IMG/VR virus record: IMGVR_UViG_3300020469_000008
Location: 96,001 to 160,000 of that record
Strand: one strand, 5' to 3'
Source: a virus
Taxonomy: Duplodnaviria; Caudoviricetes
DNA length: 64,000 bases
Shown here: positions 56,497 to 64,000 of the stretch, one piece after another
Layout of the letters: each line of letters begins with the position of its first letter
How positions within the stretch are numbered: position 1 is the stretch's first letter
Position numbers and translations under genes: made by a program
The notes under the pieces: generated by a model
Seen by the model: only the letters and a program-made list of their open reading frames with translations
Database searches by the model: none
Told to the model about the DNA's origin: nothing

Positions 56497-56928
56497 GTGT
56501 CTGGAATTGAATTCAAACAAGGTGATCAAGTTATTGTTGATAATTTTCTTGAACAAGGTGATAGGTTTAAACTTATAGCAAGTAATGTTTGTCAGGTTCT
56601 GGCAGTGGGTAAGTATGATTTAATAGTTAAGTCACATGAATCTTCTTACTATCCTCGAATATTTACAGTATCTAAGTTGGTGTGCAGAAGAATCTCAAAA
56701 AGCAAGTCAAAAGTCCAGGTTGACGTGACACTTCCAAAAATCAACGATTTAGTTGCAGGAATCACATCTGACTTGGGGAATAAAAATCAAGAAATGCATG
56801 TTGGTGTGTTAGAAGAAATTAGACACAACAACACTTCTTCAAAAACTGCAGTAGTTAGGGAAGGAAATAAACGCACAAACATATCCTTATCTAGTTTAAT
56901 TGTTTTGGAGCAAAAGAATGAAAAGTAA
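56497..56928 (+). CDS. Hypothetical protein (tandem SH3/KOW-like)
   Basis: GTG start 7 nt after AGGAG. Confidence 0.6.
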   Translation: MSGIEFKQGDQVIVDNFLEQGDRFKLIASNVCQVLAVGKYDLIVKSHESSYYPRIFTVSKLVCRRISKSKSKVQVDVTLPKINDLVAGITSDLGNKNQEMHVGVLEEIRHNNTSSKTAVVREGNKRTNISLSSLIVLEQKNEK

Positions 56929-57475
56929 AAAACTTTTATCAGAAGGTTTAAAGTACCACGTAGAAAATAATGTACCGCTTAATGAAAGCATTTACAGGCC
57001 TGGTTCTAAATCTTTTTTCGCTATGATCAACGAGGCAAGAACTGCATATGAAAATGGAGATCTCGCGTTAAACGAAGATGATTTCGATTTAATTAAAACA
57101 GATATAGGTCAATTGGCTGAGTACAAAGGAATGGTTGTTGCTTTAGACTTTCCAATATTAGAGATGTATACTCTTGACGAAGCAGAGTATCAAGGTAGAA
57201 AAGTTAAGCTTAACAAACCAAAAAGAAACAGTGGTAAAGGGGGTGGAAAATACGTTGTATACGTTAAGAACCCAAAAACCAAAAAGGTTAAGAAGCTGAC
57301 TTTTGGTTCTCGTGAAATGAGCGTTAAGCTTAAGGACCCTAAGCGCAGAAAATCTTTTGTTGCACGGCATAAATGCAAAGAGACAAAAGACAAGATGTCA
57401 AAAAGATATTGGGCATGTCGCATTGGCAGATATCCCCACCTTTTTGGTGGAAAGACTAGGTATACGTGGTGGTAA
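56918..57475 (+). CDS. Conserved phage hypothetical protein, basic C-terminal domain
   Basis: EAEYQGRKVKLNKP, KYVVYVKNPKT, RRKSF.ARHKC, YWAC. Confidence 0.8.
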   Translation: MKSKKLLSEGLKYHVENNVPLNESIYRPGSKSFFAMINEARTAYENGDLALNEDDFDLIKTDIGQLAEYKGMVVALDFPILEMYTLDEAEYQGRKVKLNKPKRNSGKGGGKYVVYVKNPKTKKVKKLTFGSREMSVKLKDPKRRKSFVARHKCKETKDKMSKRYWACRIGRYPHLFGGKTRYTWW

Positions 57476-57476
57476 C

Positions 57477-57956
57477 ATGAAAATAACAAGAAGACGATTA
57501 AGGAAGATGCTATTAAAAGAGTTTAGAGAAGATGGACGCTATGATGACTTTAACTTCGGCGCCGGCGTAGGCGGTGGCCAATTACCTCCAGTTAAGCCGC
57601 CTAGAAGAGGCGGCGGTGGAGGTGGTGGCGAGGAACCTAGAGACTACCGTGGTAGAAGTAATGATCCTTGCGGTTTTGGTAATCCGAAGGGTGACTACTA
57701 TTATGACTTAGTATTTAATTCTTTTGGTGTTTGGCTTGAATCTAATATGAGTGAAGGAAGTGCTAACGAGTATGATAACTATTTAGATTACTTAAAAAGT
57801 ATTGATTCTGAATTTACTATGGATTTACTTTCTGATAGATATATGGAGTTTTTTGAATTGCTTATGACAGCAATTGCTGAGTATGCATGTAAAAATAACA
57901 TTAGAGATATTGAATCCATATATAGAAACCCGATGTCCGCAATTTTAAATTTTTAA
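57477..57956 (+). CDS. MKIT-leader family protein (Gly/Pro-linker subfamily)
   Basis: MKITRRRLRKMLLKEF...PPVKPPRRGGGGGGG; start trimmed. Confidence 0.8.
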   Translation: MKITRRRLRKMLLKEFREDGRYDDFNFGAGVGGGQLPPVKPPRRGGGGGGGEEPRDYRGRSNDPCGFGNPKGDYYYDLVFNSFGVWLESNMSEGSANEYDNYLDYLKSIDSEFTMDLLSDRYMEFFELLMTAIAEYACKNNIRDIESIYRNPMSAILNF

Positions 57957-58003
57957 AAATATTTGTAAATTTACAAAAACCATCTTTACTATTTAGGTGT
58001 CCC

Positions 58004-58453
58004 ATGAATAATAGAACAAACATAACTGCATCCGGAATTATAGTATTTAGAAATAAAAATAATCACCCAGAGATATTAGGATTAGTAGCGCTACCTAAAC
58101 ATAGAAAAAGAAGTAAAGGTAAGTATGACGTACCTAAAGGTAGAATTGATGATGGTGAAACACCAATCCAAGCTGCATACCGGGAATGTTATGAAGAGTG
58201 TGGTTTAGAACCTAAAATTATAAACATAAATGATCCTGTAATACATGGACCATTATGTTTATGGCTTGGGGAAGTGAATCCTGATGATGATGTTGAATTA
58301 ACTGCAAATCCTTATACCGGTGAATATGAGCATGAAGGCTACGAGTGGTTGACAGTAAAAAACATGAAAAGTAATTGTCTGAATTATCTTAGGCCTTTTA
58401 TAACAGAAACAGAAAAAGATATATGGGAACATTTTAAAATCTGGAGAAAATGA
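58004..58453 (+). CDS. NUDIX hydrolase (Ap4A-hydrolase-like)
   Basis: PKGRIDDGETPIQAAYRECYEECGL Nudix box; EHEGYEW. Confidence 0.9.
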   Translation: MNNRTNITASGIIVFRNKNNHPEILGLVALPKHRKRSKGKYDVPKGRIDDGETPIQAAYRECYEECGLEPKIININDPVIHGPLCLWLGEVNPDDDVELTANPYTGEYEHEGYEWLTVKNMKSNCLNYLRPFITETEKDIWEHFKIWRK

Positions 58454-59295
58454 TGCATGTGACAGGTGACACGCCTTTGATACCTATTGGAAACGGTTTA
58501 ATTTGGGCAAAATTAGAAACGCATAACAGAACCGGTTCAGTTAAAGATAGAATGATAAACTACATTATGAATATTGCATTGCAATATAACAATGTTAAAC
58601 CGGGTGTAACTACCATAGTAGAAGCCACTAGTGGTAATACAGGAATATCATTAGCGTCATATGCATCATCAATCGACTGTCCCTGTAAGATTATTATGCC
58701 ACGAAATATGTCTGCACAAAGAAAAGATATGATGCGAGCATTTGGTGCAGAAATAATTGAAACTCCCGACAACGATTTCTTAGGTGCTATTGACATAAGG
58801 AATAGTATGATCGAAGAAACAGATGTATTTTCACCTATGCAATTCTCGAACCCGTTAAATATTGACTGTCACTACAATATCACAGCACCTGAAATATATG
58901 AACAATGTGTTGATTTGATGTTAGACTGGCGAACTTTTGTTCACGGATCTGGTACGGGTGGAACAATGATGGGAGTTAAAAAATATATCGATTTCGCCGG
59001 CTTAAATATAAAATGTGTTCTGACTCAACCAAAAGAAGACAATCTTACACACGGCATACAGGGGATTAACGATGGAGCTGACTTTTTACTGGACCGGTCA
59101 CTGATGGATGCAACGATATCTGTAAAAACAGAAGATGCTATAAAACGGATGAAACAGTTTTGGCAAGAGACGGGAATACTGGTAGGTATTAGTAGTGGTG
59201 CTAATATTTTAGCTGCTGAAAATTACTTAAAAACATTCAATCCGTCTGGTATAATTATAACAGTGCTGTGCGATCGCGGCGAGAGATATTTATGA
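58450..59295 (+). CDS. cysK: Cysteine synthase (PLP-dependent, CysK/CysM family)
   Basis: KLE..N.TGSVKDR, EATSGNTG, GTGGT, IQGI, GISSGA, LCDRGERYL. Confidence 0.9.
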   Translation: MMHVTGDTPLIPIGNGLIWAKLETHNRTGSVKDRMINYIMNIALQYNNVKPGVTTIVEATSGNTGISLASYASSIDCPCKIIMPRNMSAQRKDMMRAFGAEIIETPDNDFLGAIDIRNSMIEETDVFSPMQFSNPLNIDCHYNITAPEIYEQCVDLMLDWRTFVHGSGTGGTMMGVKKYIDFAGLNIKCVLTQPKEDNLTHGIQGINDGADFLLDRSLMDATISVKTEDAIKRMKQFWQETGILVGISSGANILAAENYLKTFNPSGIIITVLCDRGERYL

Positions 59296-59942
59296 AACTA
59301 ACAAGAAGACAATTAAGAAAACTAATAAACGAAACAATCTTTGCAGGTGGGCCAACTGTTGACAGCCCTGACAAAAGCGTAGGGGTGACAGTTGACATGG
59401 GAAGACAAAACCCGCCGATATATCGACCCCAGAGTGACAGAGACGAAGAAATTAGAAGAACAGCAGATCCACGAATTGTCGATCTGTTAGATTCCGATTC
59501 TGAAGCGGACAAGCAAATGGCGAGGACATTAGCTAGCTCTATTGACGGGAAACCAGAGGCGTATGAGACTTTAACTCCGGAGGAGCGCGAAGCACAGGGT
59601 TTGTTTGATGAGTTTTACCCTGAAGATCCGTTTGACGAGCCACACGACATGTCAGGTGATATGGAAAGATCGTACGCTCCTGAGATACAACAGATAAGAA
59701 ATGCTATGAAGAAAAGAATCGAGGATGCTATGGACAAAGGTGCTAGTAGTTTTGACGATTTATATTCAGCTGCTTATACTACACCAGGTTATGATAACCT
59801 GAGAAGACATTTGATGAATTTACCTTTAAACCAAAGGCGGAACGCCAAAGGTGTTTATGGCGACAAACCCGAAGATGAATTAATGAACATGCCCGGTCAA
59901 TTAGTTGACATGTATCAGAAACATGATAGCGATCATTATTAA
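59292..59942 (+). CDS. MKIT-leader family protein
   Basis: MKLTRRQLRKLINE; start trimmed. Confidence 0.85.
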   Translation: MKLTRRQLRKLINETIFAGGPTVDSPDKSVGVTVDMGRQNPPIYRPQSDRDEEIRRTADPRIVDLLDSDSEADKQMARTLASSIDGKPEAYETLTPEEREAQGLFDEFYPEDPFDEPHDMSGDMERSYAPEIQQIRNAMKKRIEDAMDKGASSFDDLYSAAYTTPGYDNLRRHLMNLPLNQRRNAKGVYGDKPEDELMNMPGQLVDMYQKHDSDHY

Positions 59943-59952
59943 AGAGGCTGAA

Positions 59953-60414
59953 GTGAAACTAACAAGAAGACAACTGATCGATCTAATAAACGAAGCAATA
60001 GATCCTGTTAGAGTAAAGACAGTAAAACCTGAGGATTATAATCCTCCCCAAGCTTTCAGCTCTGTCAGTTTAGGAAAGCCAAGGGAGCTTGAGACACCAG
60101 CCAAACGCGTTGGAAACTTTTTTGCCACGCGACTGCCTTACAAACCCCCGCGAGGTTATTCATCATTAAATAAAAGAAAATATTTTTACATGGTTCTTCC
60201 TGACGGTGAGGCTATTAATATTGATCATAGAGATATTAGGATTAACAATCAAAAATTAGTAAATGCATATTTAACGTTATTAAATCAGAAAGTTACACCT
60301 TTACCGATAGAAGATATACATCAACCCACAATTGAAGACGAACAAAATATTCAAAAAATGCGTTCCCAAATTGAGTTGGTTGTTAATGAATTTAAGGCGA
60401 CACATGATATTTAG
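59953..60414 (+). CDS. MKIT-leader family protein
   Basis: GTG start after GAGG; KLTRRQLIDLINE. Confidence 0.8.
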   Translation: MKLTRRQLIDLINEAIDPVRVKTVKPEDYNPPQAFSSVSLGKPRELETPAKRVGNFFATRLPYKPPRGYSSLNKRKYFYMVLPDGEAINIDHRDIRINNQKLVNAYLTLLNQKVTPLPIEDIHQPTIEDEQNIQKMRSQIELVVNEFKATHDI

Positions 60415-60422
60415 ATGTTTGT

Positions 60423-60450
60423 ATGAGTAGAGTAACAGTAATGATACGTG
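60423..60450 (+). repeat. 28-bp direct repeat, copy 1 (duplicate of the start of gene 61662)
   Basis: atgagtagagtaacagtaatgata(c/g)gtg, 27/28 identical to 61662-61689. Confidence 0.9.
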
Positions 60451-60471
60451 TAATAGAGGAAAAAGATACTT

Positions 60472-61128
60472 ATGAAATTAACAAGAAATAAATTAAGAAG
60501 ACTTTTAAAAGAAACAGTGAATGATGCATTTGTAGTTTCAGAAATACAATCTTTTGTAGACAACAACCAATATCTAAAAGGCACCGTAGTAAACGAGCAA
60601 GACTTAATCCATGACACTCGTTATGTTTTATTTGCACCAGAAAGTTCTTTAGGACATATCAAGGACAGACACATGAATGTTGACGCCCCTGGATCAACAA
60701 TGTATCCAGAAGTAGATTTAAGACAAACGATATCAGCAGTCCTCCAAACTCCTGAAACATCATCGCCTGAAGATTTTATGGTAAAGTGGGAAGGAATAGT
60801 TTCACCGGTAGGACCAATTGGCGACATGGGTGTTGCAGCAGCACCAATAGAAACTGTAATGATGATGCAAGATTATCAAATGCCTGGTGGTAGAAATGAA
60901 ATGGTTAAAGTGGCTCAAGGTCAAAGAATGTCGACAGACGAAATTACACTAGTCACTGCAAAATTAGGTCAGTTAACTGACGGAAGGTTGGTTATAAGTT
61001 TAGTAACAATGTATCCTGGCGGTTCAACTGTTGACAGTATACCGATACCTTTTGATAGAAACCAGTTTGCAGCATCAGGATTATATTTTCCTTTACCTGC
61101 GACTAGTCCAATATTAGCAGCTATTTAA
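60472..61128 (+). CDS. MKIT-leader family protein
   Basis: MKLTRNKLRRLLKE. Confidence 0.8.
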   Translation: MKLTRNKLRRLLKETVNDAFVVSEIQSFVDNNQYLKGTVVNEQDLIHDTRYVLFAPESSLGHIKDRHMNVDAPGSTMYPEVDLRQTISAVLQTPETSSPEDFMVKWEGIVSPVGPIGDMGVAAAPIETVMMMQDYQMPGGRNEMVKVAQGQRMSTDEITLVTAKLGQLTDGRLVISLVTMYPGGSTVDSIPIPFDRNQFAASGLYFPLPATSPILAAI

Positions 61129-61139
61129 GGAAATTACAT

Positions 61140-61643
61140 ATGAAAATAACTAGAAGACAGTTGAGAAAGTTAATCCAAGAATCATTGTTACGTGAAGGCG
61201 ACGTTAAAAAAATGAAGTCAACATACGTTCACAATGATGATGCAGAAGCTATAGCTAAAAGTCTGCTTGATACAGACAAGAAAAAACCAACATTTAAGTT
61301 GCACTTAGATAAACACACAGCATACAACGCGTATATCAAACCAACCGGTCAAATATCTGGTAAGTATCATTTTGAACTAATCGATCCAAAGTCTGGTATA
61401 AAATTGGACGGTGGGGGTCACATTGAGTTTCCTGGTTTGAGTGACAAAGAAGGCACTCACCTTGGTGGTGAAATTGAATTAGCAAAACATTTAAAACAAA
61501 GTAATGTCGACGTCTTTTTAAAAGGAGACGCTAGTACACATTTAGGTTTGGATCACGGTAATGTTCACATTTCTGCACCTGACACAGCAATTACATTTGG
61601 TGTTAAGGGAAAAATTGGTAAATCTAAAAAGAAGCATGTATAA
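61140..61643 (+). CDS. MKIT-leader family protein
   Basis: MKITRRQLRKLIQE. Confidence 0.8.
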   Translation: MKITRRQLRKLIQESLLREGDVKKMKSTYVHNDDAEAIAKSLLDTDKKKPTFKLHLDKHTAYNAYIKPTGQISGKYHFELIDPKSGIKLDGGGHIEFPGLSDKEGTHLGGEIELAKHLKQSNVDVFLKGDASTHLGLDHGNVHISAPDTAITFGVKGKIGKSKKKHV

Positions 61644-61661
61644 AAGGAAGGGACAATAAAG

Positions 61662-61689
61662 ATGAGTAGAGTAACAGTAATGATAGGTG
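61662..61689 (+). repeat. 28-bp direct repeat, copy 2
   Basis: Matches 60423-60450. Confidence 0.9.
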
Positions 61690-62642
61690 CTATGAAGCCA
61701 ATGACAGCAGGTCACTATCGTCTTATAACAGAGGCTGTTGCGGATTCACAGTGCCCGGAAGGAGAAACTCCTGCAAACGAGACATATGTTTTAATATCGA
61801 TGCAAGATAGAATCAAGAAGAATCAATTTCCAGTACGTGGCGAAACGGCGTTGTCTGCACTTCGTGATATCTATATGGATCCTGCTTCTGGTTTGTTTGA
61901 GTTTGGTGCTGACAAGTATATTAAAATGATATTTTGTCATTCAAAAAGCTTTGCAGAGAAGAATCCAGATAGATTAATAGAAATGCGAGAAATTGTAGAA
62001 GGAATTAAAGAAGCATTGTCAGCGCGAGGCTTAGCAAATATAACAGCTGAAGTTGAACAGGTAAGGAGCGGACCGCCTGACGTGTTGATGGGTCTAGCTG
62101 AGTCCCGTCCAAATGATAAATTTATTTTGTATACCGGTGATGATGACCTTAAAAAATATCAATATTTTAAACGTTACACGCAAAACGTAGGATTTGCTGG
62201 GTTTGAAAGATTTGAGGGCGGTATGTCTGGGACTGAGGTGCGCTCATTATTCCAAACTGATTCAGACGTTGCTGATTTTGATGCAGAAAGATTTGCTTCT
62301 GCATTCCCACAAGGTGTCGATCCTTCGCTCGTCCGACAGAAATATAGAGCAGATGCTGGTCAAGATCCGTTAAAAGAAGTTAAACGCGCAGACAAAGGCA
62401 CGCCAGAATATTCAACTTATCTTGAAAAAATGATGGACGAGTTAAAATACATTAAATCAGGCTATGATTCTAGAAAAAAAGCAAGTGCAAGATATAGAAA
62501 AGAAGCTAGCAAAATACAAGACGCATATTCTGAATTAAGAAAACTTAAAAGAAAAAACGATAAGCTATTACATTCAGATGAAAAAGAATCGTTTGATAGG
62601 AAAGCATTAAAAGAGTGGTTTAAGAAAACATACAAAAAATAG
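61662..62642 (+). CDS. Cytidylyltransferase-like (HxGH) nucleotidyltransferase domain protein
   Basis: GAMKPMTAGHY motif, G.DD, GMSGTEVR. Confidence 0.7.
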   Translation: MSRVTVMIGAMKPMTAGHYRLITEAVADSQCPEGETPANETYVLISMQDRIKKNQFPVRGETALSALRDIYMDPASGLFEFGADKYIKMIFCHSKSFAEKNPDRLIEMREIVEGIKEALSARGLANITAEVEQVRSGPPDVLMGLAESRPNDKFILYTGDDDLKKYQYFKRYTQNVGFAGFERFEGGMSGTEVRSLFQTDSDVADFDAERFASAFPQGVDPSLVRQKYRADAGQDPLKEVKRADKGTPEYSTYLEKMMDELKYIKSGYDSRKKASARYRKEASKIQDAYSELRKLKRKNDKLLHSDEKESFDRKALKEWFKKTYKK

Positions 62643-62651
62643 GAGACTGCC

Positions 62652-63143
62652 TTGTCACTAGAACTAGACACCAAAGCATATTGGAAAGATTGTGACGGCA
62701 ATGATTACGATGATGAGTTTATTAAGAAAGAAATTGAAGGATATGTGGCCCAAGGTGGTAGAGTATACGTGGGTACTGACAGTATGCTTCTTGCTCATAA
62801 GTGCAATTTTGCTTCTGTGATTGCATTTCACTCCCGTGATCTAAATATCGCAAGGTACTATTACAAGCGTTTTAAAACCGGATCTGTCGAGTATAAGGAG
62901 TTACAAGTAAAGATTTTAGAAGAGGTGGCACTTGCAATACAAACAGCACAATTTGTTCTCAAACTTTGCCCGGATGCTGATGTAGAATTACATATAGATA
63001 TAGGTACAAAGAAACGCAACGCCACTGCACGTTTTTTTAAAACAATCCAAGGTTGGGTAATAGGCACCGGATTTGATTTAAAAGTCAAACCAAATAGTTG
63101 GGCTTCGTCGCTAGCTGATGGTCACACAAAGGGGAAAAAATGA
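62652..63143 (+). CDS. RNase H-like YkuK family protein
   Basis: VYVGTDS, EV..A, ELHIDIG, VKP.SWA...AD.HTK. Confidence 0.8.
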   Translation: MSLELDTKAYWKDCDGNDYDDEFIKKEIEGYVAQGGRVYVGTDSMLLAHKCNFASVIAFHSRDLNIARYYYKRFKTGSVEYKELQVKILEEVALAIQTAQFVLKLCPDADVELHIDIGTKKRNATARFFKTIQGWVIGTGFDLKVKPNSWASSLADGHTKGKK

Positions 63144-63562
63144 GTATTATACTTAAAAAGAAAAAAGGATTATTAACACCAAAGTCACATCCACCAAGCC
63201 CAAGCCAGATACTCGGTAGTTTAGGGATAGGTTCTGTACTAGGTGCATCAATAAACAAAGAATTAGCAATAGACACAATTATAGAAGAACACATTGAAAA
63301 GTTGATAATGGAAAAAATGCTTTTTCATTCAACGCGGCTTTTGCGCGGTCTAGATTATTTTCCTACCTACTGTTTAGTCGACGGAGAAAAGAGTGTCAAA
63401 ACTTTATTTATAAAGAAGCGTGCTTGGATGAATTTCGTCACAATCGATCGCAAAGAAATGATCGTATCAGGAGCATCACCTGAGGAATTTATTAAATTTC
63501 TAAAGAAGAAGCGTTGCAGAAAAGTTAAAATAGATAGGACGCAACTTGAAAAAAACATATAG
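63140..63562 (+). CDS. Hypothetical protein
   Basis: ATGA coupling. Confidence 0.6.
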   Translation: MSIILKKKKGLLTPKSHPPSPSQILGSLGIGSVLGASINKELAIDTIIEEHIEKLIMEKMLFHSTRLLRGLDYFPTYCLVDGEKSVKTLFIKKRAWMNFVTIDRKEMIVSGASPEEFIKFLKKKRCRKVKIDRTQLEKNI

Positions 63563-63574
63563 ATTGTGTATAAT
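63546..63574 (+). promoter_or_regulatory. Sigma70-like early promoter
   Basis: TTGAAA-17 bp-TATAAT with TGTG extension. Confidence 0.65.
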
Positions 63575-63595
63575 ATAAACTCCAAGGAGTAGTTT

Positions 63596-64000
63596 ATGTT
63601 AGATTATAATACGTTTTTCCCATACGCAAAACCACGTAAAGAACAACGCAATGCAATTGAGTTTGCAATAGATGCAATTGAAAAAAGCGAAAAGCGCTTT
63701 GTTATTATCGAAGCCGGAACCGGTGTAGGTAAGTCAGCTATAGGTTTAACCTTAAGTCGTTATTTAGAACAGTCTGTACCGAACAAGGAGGGATTCGCAC
63801 AAGGCGGTTACTTTTTGACCACACAAAAGATACTCCAGGCTCAGTATGAGAATGACTTTGGCATGCCACGTGGTGAGATGAAGTCTGTATACTCAGCGTC
63901 TAATTACAGATGCAAGTTCCACAAAGCTAACGATTGTCGAACTTCACAGCAAATGTTAAGAACAGCTGATAGAAAATCTGCATTCTTTAGAGCCTGCGCC
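63596..64000 (+). CDS. DinG/XPD-family helicase, 3'-partial (absent from ORF track because it has no stop)
   Basis: AAGGAG RBS; FPY..PR..Q motif, EAGTGVGKS Walker A, T.QK.LQ.QY, NY.C. Confidence 0.85.
   Translation, partial: MLDYNTFFPYAKPRKEQRNAIEFAIDAIEKSEKRFVIIEAGTGVGKSAIGLTLSRYLEQSVPNKEGFAQGGYFLTTQKILQAQYENDFGMPRGEMKSVYSASNYRCKFHKANDCRTSQQMLRTADRKSAFFRACA

Noticed and set aside
51834-61643. CRISPR array or integron, suggested by regularly recurring atgaaaataacaagaagac repeats
   Set aside because: The repeats are coding gene starts spaced 500-800 bp apart; no cas genes, integrase or attC-like palindromes were seen
2013-63585. Numerous short antisense or alternate-frame ORFs in the track (e.g. 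10717-11052, 16822-17118, 19191-19634, 36646-36897, 47324-47692)
   Set aside because: They lie wholly within well-supported genes, lack an RBS and show shadow-ORF composition
1-64000. Eukaryotic giant virus (NCLDV) origin, suggested by MBD4-like, PMM and zincless Nei genes
   Set aside because: Shine-Dalgarno sites, sigma70 promoters, intrinsic terminators, DnaE, a sigma factor and tmRNA all indicate a bacteriophage
1-64000. Stop-codon reassignment as seen in some huge phages
   Set aside because: Conserved genes are full length under code 11, and TAA, TAG and TGA all end genes

Overview
This is a 64-kb segment of a large AT-rich tailed bacteriophage (jumbo/huge-phage type). It is not a cellular chromosome or an NCLDV: it has Shine-Dalgarno sites, sigma70-like promoters, a DnaE polymerase, a phage sigma factor and a tmRNA. 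Genes are densely packed and almost all on the + strand. They cover replication and repair (dnaE, 5'-3' exonuclease, partial DinG-like helicase, MBD4-, Fpg/Nei- and DenV-like glycosylases), nucleotide metabolism (ThyX-like, dNMP kinase fused to a ThyA-fold domain, dCMP deaminase, tdk, apt, all-alpha NTP pyrophosphatases, HAD, deoxyribosyltransferase, NUDIX), NDP-sugar enzymes, chaperones (GroEL, Hsp20, J-domain), Fe-S/redox/sulfur genes (IscA, IscU, ferredoxin, SOD-like, cysteine synthase), a two-component cassette and virion/tail-fibre-like genes. Four observations stand out. (1) About 20 otherwise unrelated genes share an N-terminal MK(I/L)T(R/K)RQLRxLIxE leader resembling a capsid-targeting sequence, with sequence traces of cassette deletion and insertion. 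(2) The sigma70-family factor lacks region 4.2, while the next gene encodes a stand-alone HTH; an ATAATTA motif lies 26-34 bp upstream of many virion-type genes. (3) The kinase-ThyA fusion has Asp at the pyrimidine-specificity position, hinting at cytosine-modified DNA. (4) A CglF-like gliding-motility protein and a VWA lipoprotein point to a Myxococcota/Bdellovibrionota-type host. All family assignments come from motif recognition by eye; no database searches were run.
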